A DNA stretch of 64,000 bases from Victivallales bacterium (GTDB lineage: Bacteria > Verrucomicrobiota > Lentisphaeria > Victivallales > UBA1829), in contig JBGUKB010000068.1 of NCBI GenBank assembly GCA_045114235.1, forward strand, positions 15,606 through 79,605, written 5' to 3'. A model generated the notes under the pieces. That model searched no databases. It was not told the DNA's origin and saw only the letters and a list, made by a program, of their open reading frames with translations. Of the stretch, positions 39,750 to 47,972 are shown one piece after another. Every line of letters begins with the position of its first letter. The stretch's first letter is position 1. The translations under genes and the position numbers were made by a program.

Positions 39750-40916
39750 TCACGCTCCGGCGGTTTTCAGTTCGAAAGCGCCCTGTTTCATCAGGCGGAA
39801 GAAATCGGCGATCTCGCGCGGATGTTCGGAGAGCTCGTTCACGGAGAGGATGCAGGCCGTGGAATCGCGGTCGTCGGGCGAGAATCCGTGCATGCCGGGG
39901 ATGGGCTTGTTGCCCATGTCGCTCGGGACCAGCTGGATGCCGGGATCGAGCAGGAATATTTCGTCGCCGTAGCTGGCATCGGCGAAATCGACGTGGAGCG
40001 CGGTCTTTTCCTCCGGCGTGAGCCAGTGGCCGGGCGCGTCGGCGACGGCATCCATGACCGGCTTGCGCGCATCGGGGTTCGGGAACCACACGCGGAGCAT
40101 GGTGGAATCGTAGGCAGCGATGTAATCCTGCCCGAACTTGAGCGGAAGCGCTTCGAGTTTGGACTTGATGTCGGTCTCGCCCTTCAGCGGCGTCATGCCG
40201 TGGTCGGAGAAGATGCAGAAGTCGACGCGGCGGAAATGGGCCCGCGCGGTCTCAAGCAGGCCGCGGACCTTGCCGGAGAACGCCTCAAGATGCTTCGCCA
40301 CGACTTCGGGCTCGTGCACGTGGAAATGCAGCATGCTGTCCAGTCCGGCCGTGTAGACGAAGAAGAACTCCGTCTTCTCCTCCTCCAGCAGCTTCTTCGC
40401 GGCGGCAATGTTCTGGTCGTCGTTCAGATGCCAGTTCGAGATGTGGAACGGCACGCCGGATTCGGTCAGGACGTCCCGGAGGTTTTTCACGGGCGCCAGG
40501 CCGTGCGGCGCGAAAATGTCCTGTTTCTCGCAGTAGTCGAAGAATGGCAGGCGGGCGTACGGCACGCGGTAGAGGTTGAAGTAGCCCGTGAATTTTTTCC
40601 GGCGCGCCAGCCAGAGGCTCACGCGGTGGCGGATGCGGTGGTTGTCGAAGATGACGGACGGATGCAGGAAGGGATGCAGGAACCGGAAAAAGGAGAACGG
40701 GGATTCCGCTCCCTTCGGACGGTAGAAAAAGCTGAAATGGCCGTGTTTCGTGGGCGGTTCGCCGGTCAGGATCGTGGGGACGCATGTCGAAGAATAGCCG
40801 AACTGCGTACGGACGGGAAGCCGGACCGGGAATTCATCCATCATAAAGCGGTAGCGCTGGACGATCTCGTACCCGAGCGCGTCGCTGAACATAAAAATCT
40901 TAACACGGTCCTTCAA
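39750..40916 (-). CDS. alkaline phosphatase superfamily protein (type I phosphodiesterase/nucleotide pyrophosphatase-like)
   Basis: FSDALGY, GYSSTCVPTILTG, LDSMLH, FSDHGM and GMHG; TTG start with a GGAG RBS. Confidence 0.8.
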   Translation of the reverse strand: MKDRVKIFMFSDALGYEIVQRYRFMMDEFPVRLPVRTQFGYSSTCVPTILTGEPPTKHGHFSFFYRPKGAESPFSFFRFLHPFLHPSVIFDNHRIRHRVSLWLARRKKFTGYFNLYRVPYARLPFFDYCEKQDIFAPHGLAPVKNLRDVLTESGVPFHISNWHLNDDQNIAAAKKLLEEEKTEFFFVYTAGLDSMLHFHVHEPEVVAKHLEAFSGKVRGLLETARAHFRRVDFCIFSDHGMTPLKGETDIKSKLEALPLKFGQDYIAAYDSTMLRVWFPNPDARKPVMDAVADAPGHWLTPEEKTALHVDFADASYGDEIFLLDPGIQLVPSDMGNKPIPGMHGFSPDDRDSTACILSVNELSEHPREIADFFRLMKQGAFELKTAGA

Positions 40917-40952
40917 GGCTTTGTCTCCGGAAACAGAATAACAGGATATAAT

Positions 40953-40981
40953 AATTTAGCACGAAAATATAGTATTTTCAA
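40953..40981 (-). promoter_or_regulatory. internal sigma70-type promoter before the AlkP-GT2 pair
   Basis: TTGAAA-17 bp-TAAATT with an extended TG. Confidence 0.55.
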
Positions 40982-40993
40982 GCCAAAAAAGGA

Positions 40994-42001
40994 TTAATTA
41001 TACCGTTTCCAGAGCCGGATAAACGTGTCGGTTTCGTGTTCAGGATCTTCCAGGCAGGTCGTCAGCAGGCGCAGGAGCTTCACGCGCGGATGCACGGCCA
41101 GCGGAGAGAGGAGTTCCGGCAGGACCGGAGCGCTGAGGATCGAGAGGATCATGGACTTCAGGGAACGCGGCCCGGCGTCCGCGATGCGGCAGGCGGAGAA
41201 ATGCGCGTCGGCGGAGGCGATATGACGGGTGATCTCCGTTGCAACAAGCGTTATGGTACGTTCCCAGCAGTCCAGATGATACGCGTAGTCCGGCTCCCTG
41301 CCCGTGCCGGGGGCGTATTTGAACGCAAGCGCGTCTTCGTATGCGGGGACCAGCCAGGACGCCTCATGATACTTGCGGAGCGCTTCGAGGCGTTCCGTCC
41401 CGGTCCTGCGGTAGTCGTGATGCACGACCAGGATCGCATCGCCGCAGCCCAGCGCGGCCTTGTGAATGTTGCGCCGGACGAAATCCGCCTCGTTCGGGTC
41501 GGACGCGCGCTGACGGGCGAAAAGCAGCCCCGCGCCGCGGTTGAGGAGGAGACGGGCGGCCTCGGTCCAGGGGAGTTCGGAGAACGGACGGCGGGGCGCG
41601 TCGTCGAAGATGTGTTCATCGCCGAAGATGATGCGGCATCCGGCGAAAAGCTCCTGGATCATCAGGGTGTGGGCGTCTTTGTACAGTGCCTTCAGGGATT
41701 TGACGCAGCAGAAATCGATGTCGATGGCGAGCTTGCCGCGCCATTCCGAAGAAATGGAATTCAGCAGGTCGTGAAGGCCCGGAGACGGCTTCTGTCCGTT
41801 CATCACCACGAAGAAATCCAAGTCGTTGTACGGCATGCCGTCGGGCGTGGCACCCCCCTCGCCCCGTCCGTAGCCGCCGCCGAGCGCGACGGCGCGGATC
41901 GCGGAGGATTCCGGCGAGGCGGCAAGGGAAGCCCGGATGCCGTCGATGGCGTCCTGGATATGGCGTTCAACACGGGGGTCTGCGGATTTGGAGTAGGACA
42001 T
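40994..42001 (-). CDS. Pol-beta superfamily nucleotidyltransferase with helical C-terminal domain
   Basis: VALGGGYGRGEGG...YNDLDFFVV (hG[GS]...DxD) and a third acidic strand IDIDF. Confidence 0.7.
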   Translation of the reverse strand: MSYSKSADPRVERHIQDAIDGIRASLAASPESSAIRAVALGGGYGRGEGGATPDGMPYNDLDFFVVMNGQKPSPGLHDLLNSISSEWRGKLAIDIDFCCVKSLKALYKDAHTLMIQELFAGCRIIFGDEHIFDDAPRRPFSELPWTEAARLLLNRGAGLLFARQRASDPNEADFVRRNIHKAALGCGDAILVVHHDYRRTGTERLEALRKYHEASWLVPAYEDALAFKYAPGTGREPDYAYHLDCWERTITLVATEITRHIASADAHFSACRIADAGPRSLKSMILSILSAPVLPELLSPLAVHPRVKLLRLLTTCLEDPEHETDTFIRLWKRYN

Positions 42002-42026
42002 GGTCGGAAAAATGGGGTGGTTGAAA

Positions 42027-42839
42027 TCAGTTGCCGGAACATTCGGCGGGGAGACCAGGTTCGCGGCCGAATTCCTTGCGGTAGAGCTTGACCGCGGTCC
42101 GGAGGACGTCCGGCCAGATCTTCGCGTCCAGAACGCCCGCGCGGGGCGTGTACGCGGCGATGAAGCGGAGGGCGTCGCGCCGGGAAAGCCCGAGGTCCAT
42201 GGCGGAGAAGAAGATCCCGGCCAGGTCCTTGACGCGGTAGCGGCGGCGGATGCGCGAACGCAACTGCGCCCGGTGGAGGTCGATCACGTGAAGCTTGATG
42301 CGTTTCTCCTGAAGCGAGGCGGGATCCAGCAGGAAATGGCAGATGTAGCAGTCGCGGTGGTTCAGGCCGCTGCCGTGCATCCGGGCGATAGTCACGGCAA
42401 GTGCGCGGATAATGCGGTTCTTGAGCGCGGATGGCGGCGGGTTCGTCTTCCAGTCGCGGCAGAAATCCTCCAGGGAAATCATGCCGACGAGGTCCTCGGT
42501 CACCAGGAAGGATTCCATGGCGGCGGGATTGACGCCGCGGATGCCGAAGGCGCAGGCGGTCATGGTGGGGACGCCGAGCTTGTTCAGCAGGGAAATGGCG
42601 AGGTATTCGTTGGCGGACCCGATCACGGGAAGCTTGAACTGGAGCAGGTTCTTCCATATCTCGCGCCAGCCGACCGGGCCGTGGAGTTTGATGAAGTAGG
42701 ATCTGCCGTCCATGCTGAAGCGCATGGTCTTGCGGTTCTTGACGTCGCGGAAGACCTCGCCTGTCACGGAAAACGCGCTGGCGAACGGGTCCTTGCCCCA
42801 GGCTTTCTGAAACGTGTCGTTGAAGTAAAACTTTTCCAC
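42027..42839 (-). CDS. waaP: lipopolysaccharide core heptose(I) kinase WaaP/RfaP-like
   Basis: YFIKLH..VGWREI.KNL, NEYLAI, SFLVTEDL..MISLEDFC, NHRDCYICHFLL, IDLHRAQ and KDLAGIFFS; GTG start inferred. Confidence 0.85.
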   Translation of the reverse strand: MEKFYFNDTFQKAWGKDPFASAFSVTGEVFRDVKNRKTMRFSMDGRSYFIKLHGPVGWREIWKNLLQFKLPVIGSANEYLAISLLNKLGVPTMTACAFGIRGVNPAAMESFLVTEDLVGMISLEDFCRDWKTNPPPSALKNRIIRALAVTIARMHGSGLNHRDCYICHFLLDPASLQEKRIKLHVIDLHRAQLRSRIRRRYRVKDLAGIFFSAMDLGLSRRDALRFIAAYTPRAGVLDAKIWPDVLRTAVKLYRKEFGREPGLPAECSGN

Positions 42840-42853
42840 GGGGACCTCGAATC

Positions 42854-43387
42854 TTACGGCAGGTTGGGCCGGACAGTCACGTTGCCCTTGGAATCCGTCA
42901 TGTAGACGGGCGCCTCGTCCGGGGGCTGTTCGGCAGGATCGGTGGCGGCTTCCTCCGGCGTGCCGGTCGCACGTATCATGACCTCGAAATACTTCTCCGG
43001 GTCCGTCTTTTCCCAGCTGCTTTTGTACTCCATCGCGATGCCGCAGACGCCGGGGCCGATGACTCGGTAGGCAAAATAATGCGTGCCTTCCCGTCCCTCT
43101 ACGGGCCGCAACCGGCGCGTGCCGTCCGGGTCGGGATCGGATTCGTAGCGCTCGCCCTTTTCGGCGAGGACCCGCACGCTGCCCGCGCCGTGGCGGGAAT
43201 ACCAGTCGTATCCGGCCTTGCCGTTCGAAGCCAGCGCCACCACGATGGTGTCGCCGACGCACAGGTCAAGCGTCCTGCCGGAATCCGAGTTCGTGAGCAG
43301 GATCTGCTGCGGGGACCGGCAGGAGACCGTGAGGCAGGCGGCGAGGGCCGCGAGGAAAAAACTGATCGTGAACCGGAAATGCGTCAT
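42854..43387 (-). CDS. lipoprotein with chagasin-like (inhibitor I42) domain
   Basis: Signal peptide with lipobox LTVSC; LDLCVGDTIVVALASNGKAGYDW, GTHYFAYRVIGPG and MEYKSSWE. Confidence 0.65.
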   Translation of the reverse strand: MTHFRFTISFFLAALAACLTVSCRSPQQILLTNSDSGRTLDLCVGDTIVVALASNGKAGYDWYSRHGAGSVRVLAEKGERYESDPDPDGTRRLRPVEGREGTHYFAYRVIGPGVCGIAMEYKSSWEKTDPEKYFEVMIRATGTPEEAATDPAEQPPDEAPVYMTDSKGNVTVRPNLP

Positions 43388-43419
43388 GGCCTGAGGCGGA
43401 ATTGAGTTCAGTTGGCACG

Positions 43420-43455
43420 AAAAAAACGGGACGCCGCCCCGGCGGGATGGCCCGA
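43420..43455 (-). terminator. probable intrinsic terminator after the hcp-like gene
   Basis: Minus-strand GC hairpin followed by GTTTTTTT. Confidence 0.5.
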
Positions 43456-43480
43456 ACCGGAGCGGAGAAACGGATGCGGC

Positions 43481-45052
43481 TCAGTTGCCCGCCATCATGT
43501 CCGCGGCGTCGGCCTCGGCGGTGGTGACGGGCTTCACGCCGTAGTCGCGCGTGAGGACTTCGAGGATGCCGGGGGAGAAGAACGCGGGGAACGTCGGGCC
43601 GAGGCGGATGTTCTTGAAGCCGAGCGTGAGCAGCGCCAGGAAGACCGCGATCGTCTTCTGTTCGTACCAGGAGAGCACGAAGGAGACGGGGAGCTTGTCG
43701 AGCGTGCGGATGCCGAGGGCGTTCTGGAGTTCGAGCGCGATGCGGATGATGGAGTAGGCGTCGTTGATCTGCCCGATGTCCATGATGCGCGGGATGCCGG
43801 TGATCTTGCCGAGGTCGAGGTTCAGGAAACGGTACTTCGCGCCGCCCGCGGTCAGGATGACGGTGTCGGGCGGGAGCGCCTTCGCCAGCTCGGTGAAATA
43901 TGCGCGGCGTTCATCACGTCCGTCCTCGCCCGCGATCACGATGAAGCGGCGGATGGTGCCGTTTTCGATGTAGTGCGCGATCTGGGAGATCACGGAGCAG
44001 ACCTGATGGTGTCCGAAGCCGCCGGTGAGGACGACGGAATCGGTGTCGAGCGGCGTGGGGGCGGGGAGCGTCTTGGCGAGGCGGATGACCTCGGAGAAAT
44101 CCTTCTGCATGCCGATGTGGCGGTGCGTGATGTGGGGCGTGCCCTTGCAGCCCGCCATGCCGGTGGTGAAGATGCGCCCGCGGTAGGCGTCCTGCACCGG
44201 GGTGATGCAGTTCGAGTTGACGATAACGGGTCCGTTGAACGAGGCGAAGTCCTGCGTCTGGGTCCACCAGGAGCCGCCGTAGTTGCCCTTCAGGTGCGGG
44301 AACCTACGGAATCCGGGATAGGTGTTGGCGGGAAGCATGTCGCCGTGCGTGTAGACGTCAACGTCGGCGTGCTCGGTCTGGATCAGGAGCTCCTCGAGGT
44401 CCTTCAGGTCCTGCCCGGACATCAGGATGCCGGGGTTCTGTCCGGCTTTCCAGGAGACATGGCAGATCGCCGGGGAGCCGTAGGTCTCGGTGTTGGCTTC
44501 GTCCAGCAGCGCCATGGCGACGGAGGCGATGCGTCCGCACTCGACGATCAGCAGGGCGAGGCGTTCGTGCGGAGTGTCGGGCTTGGCCGTGGCGGACAGC
44601 GCCTTGATGATGAAGTTGTAGACGGCGTTGTCCTCGTAGCCGAGGGCAAGCGCGTGAAACGCGAAGGCGCAGACGCCCTTCAGTCCGTACAGGAGGAAAT
44701 CGCGGTAGCTGCGCTCCTCCGGGTCCCCGGAGGAAAGGGCGGAAGGATCCACCTGGATGTCGGAATCGAGCGTGCGGAGGGCGCGTTTCGCCTCGTCGAT
44801 GAGGGAATAGATGCGGTCGGGGTTGAAATTGGTATCGGTGAGCGTGGCGGACATGGCGCGCACGATGAAGCGGCTGAACTCGCGCGTAACGTTGGTGCGG
44901 CCTTCCAGGGTCAGGGCGACGGCCTTGAGCTCGGCGATGAGGCGGTCCTGAAGATTGGCGGTCTCGGACGTTTCGCCGCAGCGGCCGCCGGTCGTGCAGC
45001 CTTTGTTGCCGAAAGCCTCCTGGCACTGGTTGCAGAACATGGATCCTTCCAT
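43481..45052 (-). CDS. hcp: hybrid cluster protein (hydroxylamine reductase) homolog with degenerate hybrid-cluster ligands
   Basis: MFCNQCQE...GCTTGGRCG, YGLKG, GNYGGSWW, FNGP, GGFGHHQV, SWYEQK and IRLGPT.PAF; start trimmed to MEGSMFC. Confidence 0.9.
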   Translation of the reverse strand: MEGSMFCNQCQEAFGNKGCTTGGRCGETSETANLQDRLIAELKAVALTLEGRTNVTREFSRFIVRAMSATLTDTNFNPDRIYSLIDEAKRALRTLDSDIQVDPSALSSGDPEERSYRDFLLYGLKGVCAFAFHALALGYEDNAVYNFIIKALSATAKPDTPHERLALLIVECGRIASVAMALLDEANTETYGSPAICHVSWKAGQNPGILMSGQDLKDLEELLIQTEHADVDVYTHGDMLPANTYPGFRRFPHLKGNYGGSWWTQTQDFASFNGPVIVNSNCITPVQDAYRGRIFTTGMAGCKGTPHITHRHIGMQKDFSEVIRLAKTLPAPTPLDTDSVVLTGGFGHHQVCSVISQIAHYIENGTIRRFIVIAGEDGRDERRAYFTELAKALPPDTVILTAGGAKYRFLNLDLGKITGIPRIMDIGQINDAYSIIRIALELQNALGIRTLDKLPVSFVLSWYEQKTIAVFLALLTLGFKNIRLGPTFPAFFSPGILEVLTRDYGVKPVTTAEADAADMMAGN

Positions 45053-45113
45053 CTGGATTTTCTCCTTTATAGAAATTGATGTTTGTTTTCGGAAAATGGG
45101 AAATCCCGGATGT

Positions 45114-45142
45114 ATTTTACACGCTGAAAACCGTTTTGTCAA
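45114..45142 (-). promoter_or_regulatory. near-consensus sigma70 promoter of the hcp-like gene
   Basis: TTGACA-17 bp-TAAAAT with an extended TG. Confidence 0.7.
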
Positions 45143-45258
45143 ATCGTTTCCGCGGAAAACACAAAGGTTTTGCGATAATCATGCCTCCCGCGAATCCGGT
45201 GACATTCCGTTTTGTCCCCGTGCGCAAGCGAAGCTGAGCGCACAGCCGCAGTGGAGGC

Positions 45259-46950
45259 TCAGCTTCCCTTCTTCGCGATCTTGGACCAGGAATCCTTCAG
45301 GGCGACCGTGCGGTTGAACACCGGATGCTCCTTGGAGTGGTCCTTCGGGTCGGAGAAGAAATAGCCGATGCGCTCGAACTGGACGTGCGTGGACGGCGGA
45401 AGCTCGGCGAGGCCGGGTTCGATGCGGCACTTCGCGACCTTCAGGGATTCCGGGTTCAGATAGCTCTTCCAGTCGGCGTCCTCCGGGATGGCGGAGAGGT
45501 CGGGGACCGTGAAGAGCTTGTCGTAGAGCCGGACCTCGGCTTCAAGGGACCGGTCGGCGGAGACCCAGTGGATGGTGCCCTTGACCTTGCGTCCGTCGGG
45601 GGCGTTGCCGCCCTTCGTGGCGGGGTCATAGGTGGCATGGAGCTCCACGATCTCGCCGTTCTCGTCCTTCACGAAGGAAGTGCAGGTCACGAAATAGGCG
45701 CTGCGGAGGCGGACTTCCTTGCCGACCGCGAGGCGGTGGAACTGCTTCACGGGATTCTCCATGAAGTCGTCGCGCTCGATGTAGAGCGTTTTGGAGAACG
45801 GGACCTTGCGGGTTCCGGCGGCAGGGTCTTCCGGGTTGTTCACGGTCTCGACCTCTTCGACCTGGCCTTCCGGGTAGTTGTCGATCACGAGCTTGAGCGG
45901 GTTCATGACCGCCATGGCGCGGCGCGCGGACTTGTTCAGGTCGTCGCGGACGCAGTGGTCGAGGAGTTCGATCTCGGTGAGGCTGTTGAACTTGGTCACG
46001 CCGATGGTCTCGCAGAAATCGCGGATGGCGGAGGCGGGGATGCCGCGGCGGCGCATGCCGCAGATGGTGGGCATGCGTGGATCGTCCCAGCCGTTCACGA
46101 GGCCGGTCTTCACGAGTTCGAGGAGCTTGCGCTTGCTCATGACGGTGTAGGTCAGGTTGAGGCGCGCGAACTCGATCTGCTGGGGCTTGCACGGGGTGTC
46201 GAGCGTGTTCAGGATCCAGTCGTAGAGCGGACGGTGAATCTCGAACTCAAGCGTGCAGATGGAGTGCGTGATGCCTTCGATGGCGTCCTCCAGGCAGTGC
46301 GCGAAATCGTAGAGCGGATAGATGCACCACTTCGAGCCGGTGTTGTGGTGGTCGGCGTGGCGGATGCGGTAGATCGCCGGGTCGCGCATGTGGATGTTCG
46401 GCGACGCCATGTCGATGCGGGCGCGAAGCACCTTGCTGCCGTCCGGGAATTCGCCGGCGCGCATGCGCTCGAAGAGGTCCAGGTTCTCCTCGACCGTGCG
46501 CTTGCGTCCGGGCGGCTCCTTGCCGGGCTCGGTCAGGGTGCCGCGGTATTCCTTGAACTCGTCCTCGGAGAGCTCGCAGACGTAGGCCTTTCCCATTTTG
46601 ATAAGCTGAAGTGCGTATTCGTACATCTGGTCGAAATAGTCGGACGCGTGGAAGAAACGGTCCTCCCAGTCGGCGCCGAGCCACTTCACGTCCTCGAGGA
46701 TGGACTCGACGTACTCGGTGTCCTCCTTCACGGGGTTCGTGTCGTCGAGGCGGAGGTTGAACTTGCCGCCGAACTTCTGCGCGGTGCCGAAGTTCAGGCA
46801 GATGCTCTTCGCATGGCCGAGGTGGAGGTAGCCGTTCGGCTCCGGCGGGAAACGCGTCTTGACCGCGCCGCCGTTCTTGCCGGCTTCGAGGTCCTTGCGG
46901 ATGATCTCGTGGATGAAGTTGTCGGGGAGATTGATCTCGGTTTCGCTCAT
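45259..46950 (-). CDS. glnS: glutamine--tRNA ligase
   Basis: [46 protein letters not shown] and FERIGYF. Confidence 0.97.
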   Translation of the reverse strand: MSETEINLPDNFIHEIIRKDLEAGKNGGAVKTRFPPEPNGYLHLGHAKSICLNFGTAQKFGGKFNLRLDDTNPVKEDTEYVESILEDVKWLGADWEDRFFHASDYFDQMYEYALQLIKMGKAYVCELSEDEFKEYRGTLTEPGKEPPGRKRTVEENLDLFERMRAGEFPDGSKVLRARIDMASPNIHMRDPAIYRIRHADHHNTGSKWCIYPLYDFAHCLEDAIEGITHSICTLEFEIHRPLYDWILNTLDTPCKPQQIEFARLNLTYTVMSKRKLLELVKTGLVNGWDDPRMPTICGMRRRGIPASAIRDFCETIGVTKFNSLTEIELLDHCVRDDLNKSARRAMAVMNPLKLVIDNYPEGQVEEVETVNNPEDPAAGTRKVPFSKTLYIERDDFMENPVKQFHRLAVGKEVRLRSAYFVTCTSFVKDENGEIVELHATYDPATKGGNAPDGRKVKGTIHWVSADRSLEAEVRLYDKLFTVPDLSAIPEDADWKSYLNPESLKVAKCRIEPGLAELPPSTHVQFERIGYFFSDPKDHSKEHPVFNRTVALKDSWSKIAKKGS

Positions 46951-46999
46951 ATTGTTTCGCTCCGTATCTGGAATTCAGTCAGAAAAAGAATAACTAAAT

Positions 47000-47028
47000 A
47001 GTATAGCACGGTTCAGCCCGGCTTTCAA
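47000..47028 (-). promoter_or_regulatory. sigma70-type promoter of glnS
   Basis: TTGAAA-17 bp-TATACT with an extended TG. Confidence 0.7.
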
Positions 47029-47044
47029 GCCGGAATCCGAAAGT

Positions 47045-47950
47045 TCAGCAAAAGTTGACGAAGAGGACCTCCGGGGGACAGCAGATGCGTGCGTGGAACC
47101 AGGTCGCACCGATGCCGGCGGACACGTACATCGTCGCCCCGGTCGAGCTGTGCCGGAAAGCGCCATATTCCAGGCGTTTTCCGTACCGCGAGGACGTCAT
47201 GACCGCGCCGAACCCGGGGATCCGGAACTGGCCGCCGTGCGTGTGGCCGCAGAGGATCAGGGGCGCACCCTTCAGCTTGTCCGTAAGAAGCATGGCAGCC
47301 GCCGTGTCGGGATTGTGCGAGAGCACGCATACGTTCTCGGATTGCGGGATCGACGCTTCGCCGGAAAGCCCGCCGCCTTCCTTGGCGTCGTCCATGCCAT
47401 GGAACAGGATTCCATGTGATTCGGCGGTCTCGTTCAGGAGAAGCTTAAACCCGGTTGAGGTGAAAAGCCCGCGCCAGCGTTCCGCGGGCATCCATTTGCG
47501 GCGGAGCTCCCAGTTTCCGCAGGCCGCGAACTTGTCCGGGCCGGACGGGATGGTACGCAGGAAATCAAGCGACTTGCCGATCCACGCGGCATCTCCGGAA
47601 AGGTCCCCGCCAAACGCGATGCTGTCCGGCATCGGGATCGCCTCGAACAGCTCGTGAAATGCCTTCGTAAGCCATTCCGTCCCACCGCCCTGCCGCATGG
47701 CAGGAAAAAAACCGCGGATGCCCGCCGTCCGGATGTGCGTATCGGAGAAGAACAGCAGGGTGCGCCCGGCGAGACACGGCTTGGAAACGCGAAGGAAACG
47801 GACGTGCAGGCCGGACGGAAGCACGCGCGTCTCCTTCAGAAGCGAAGGATCGGGCTGCCAGAGCAAAGCGCCGGAACGCTGCTCCGCCGTCAGCTTCGTC
47901 TTCTGTTTCCGGACATAGATCCGGGATTTGAACGGGGAAACGTCCGACAT
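47045..47950 (-). CDS. YkuE-like calcineurin-type metallophosphoesterase
   Basis: FSDTH, GGDL, CGNWE, LSHNPD, CGHTHGGQ and YVSAGIG; start uncertain. Confidence 0.8.
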   Translation of the reverse strand: MSDVSPFKSRIYVRKQKTKLTAEQRSGALLWQPDPSLLKETRVLPSGLHVRFLRVSKPCLAGRTLLFFSDTHIRTAGIRGFFPAMRQGGGTEWLTKAFHELFEAIPMPDSIAFGGDLSGDAAWIGKSLDFLRTIPSGPDKFAACGNWELRRKWMPAERWRGLFTSTGFKLLLNETAESHGILFHGMDDAKEGGGLSGEASIPQSENVCVLSHNPDTAAAMLLTDKLKGAPLILCGHTHGGQFRIPGFGAVMTSSRYGKRLEYGAFRHSSTGATMYVSAGIGATWFHARICCPPEVLFVNFC

Positions 47951-47972
47951 GGCCGGCACGCGGGCGACGGAC

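Noticed and set aside
43481-45052. hcp as a simple pseudogene
   Set aside because: No frameshifts or stops, intact promoter and terminator, host-like codon usage, and substitutions concentrated at ligand positions.
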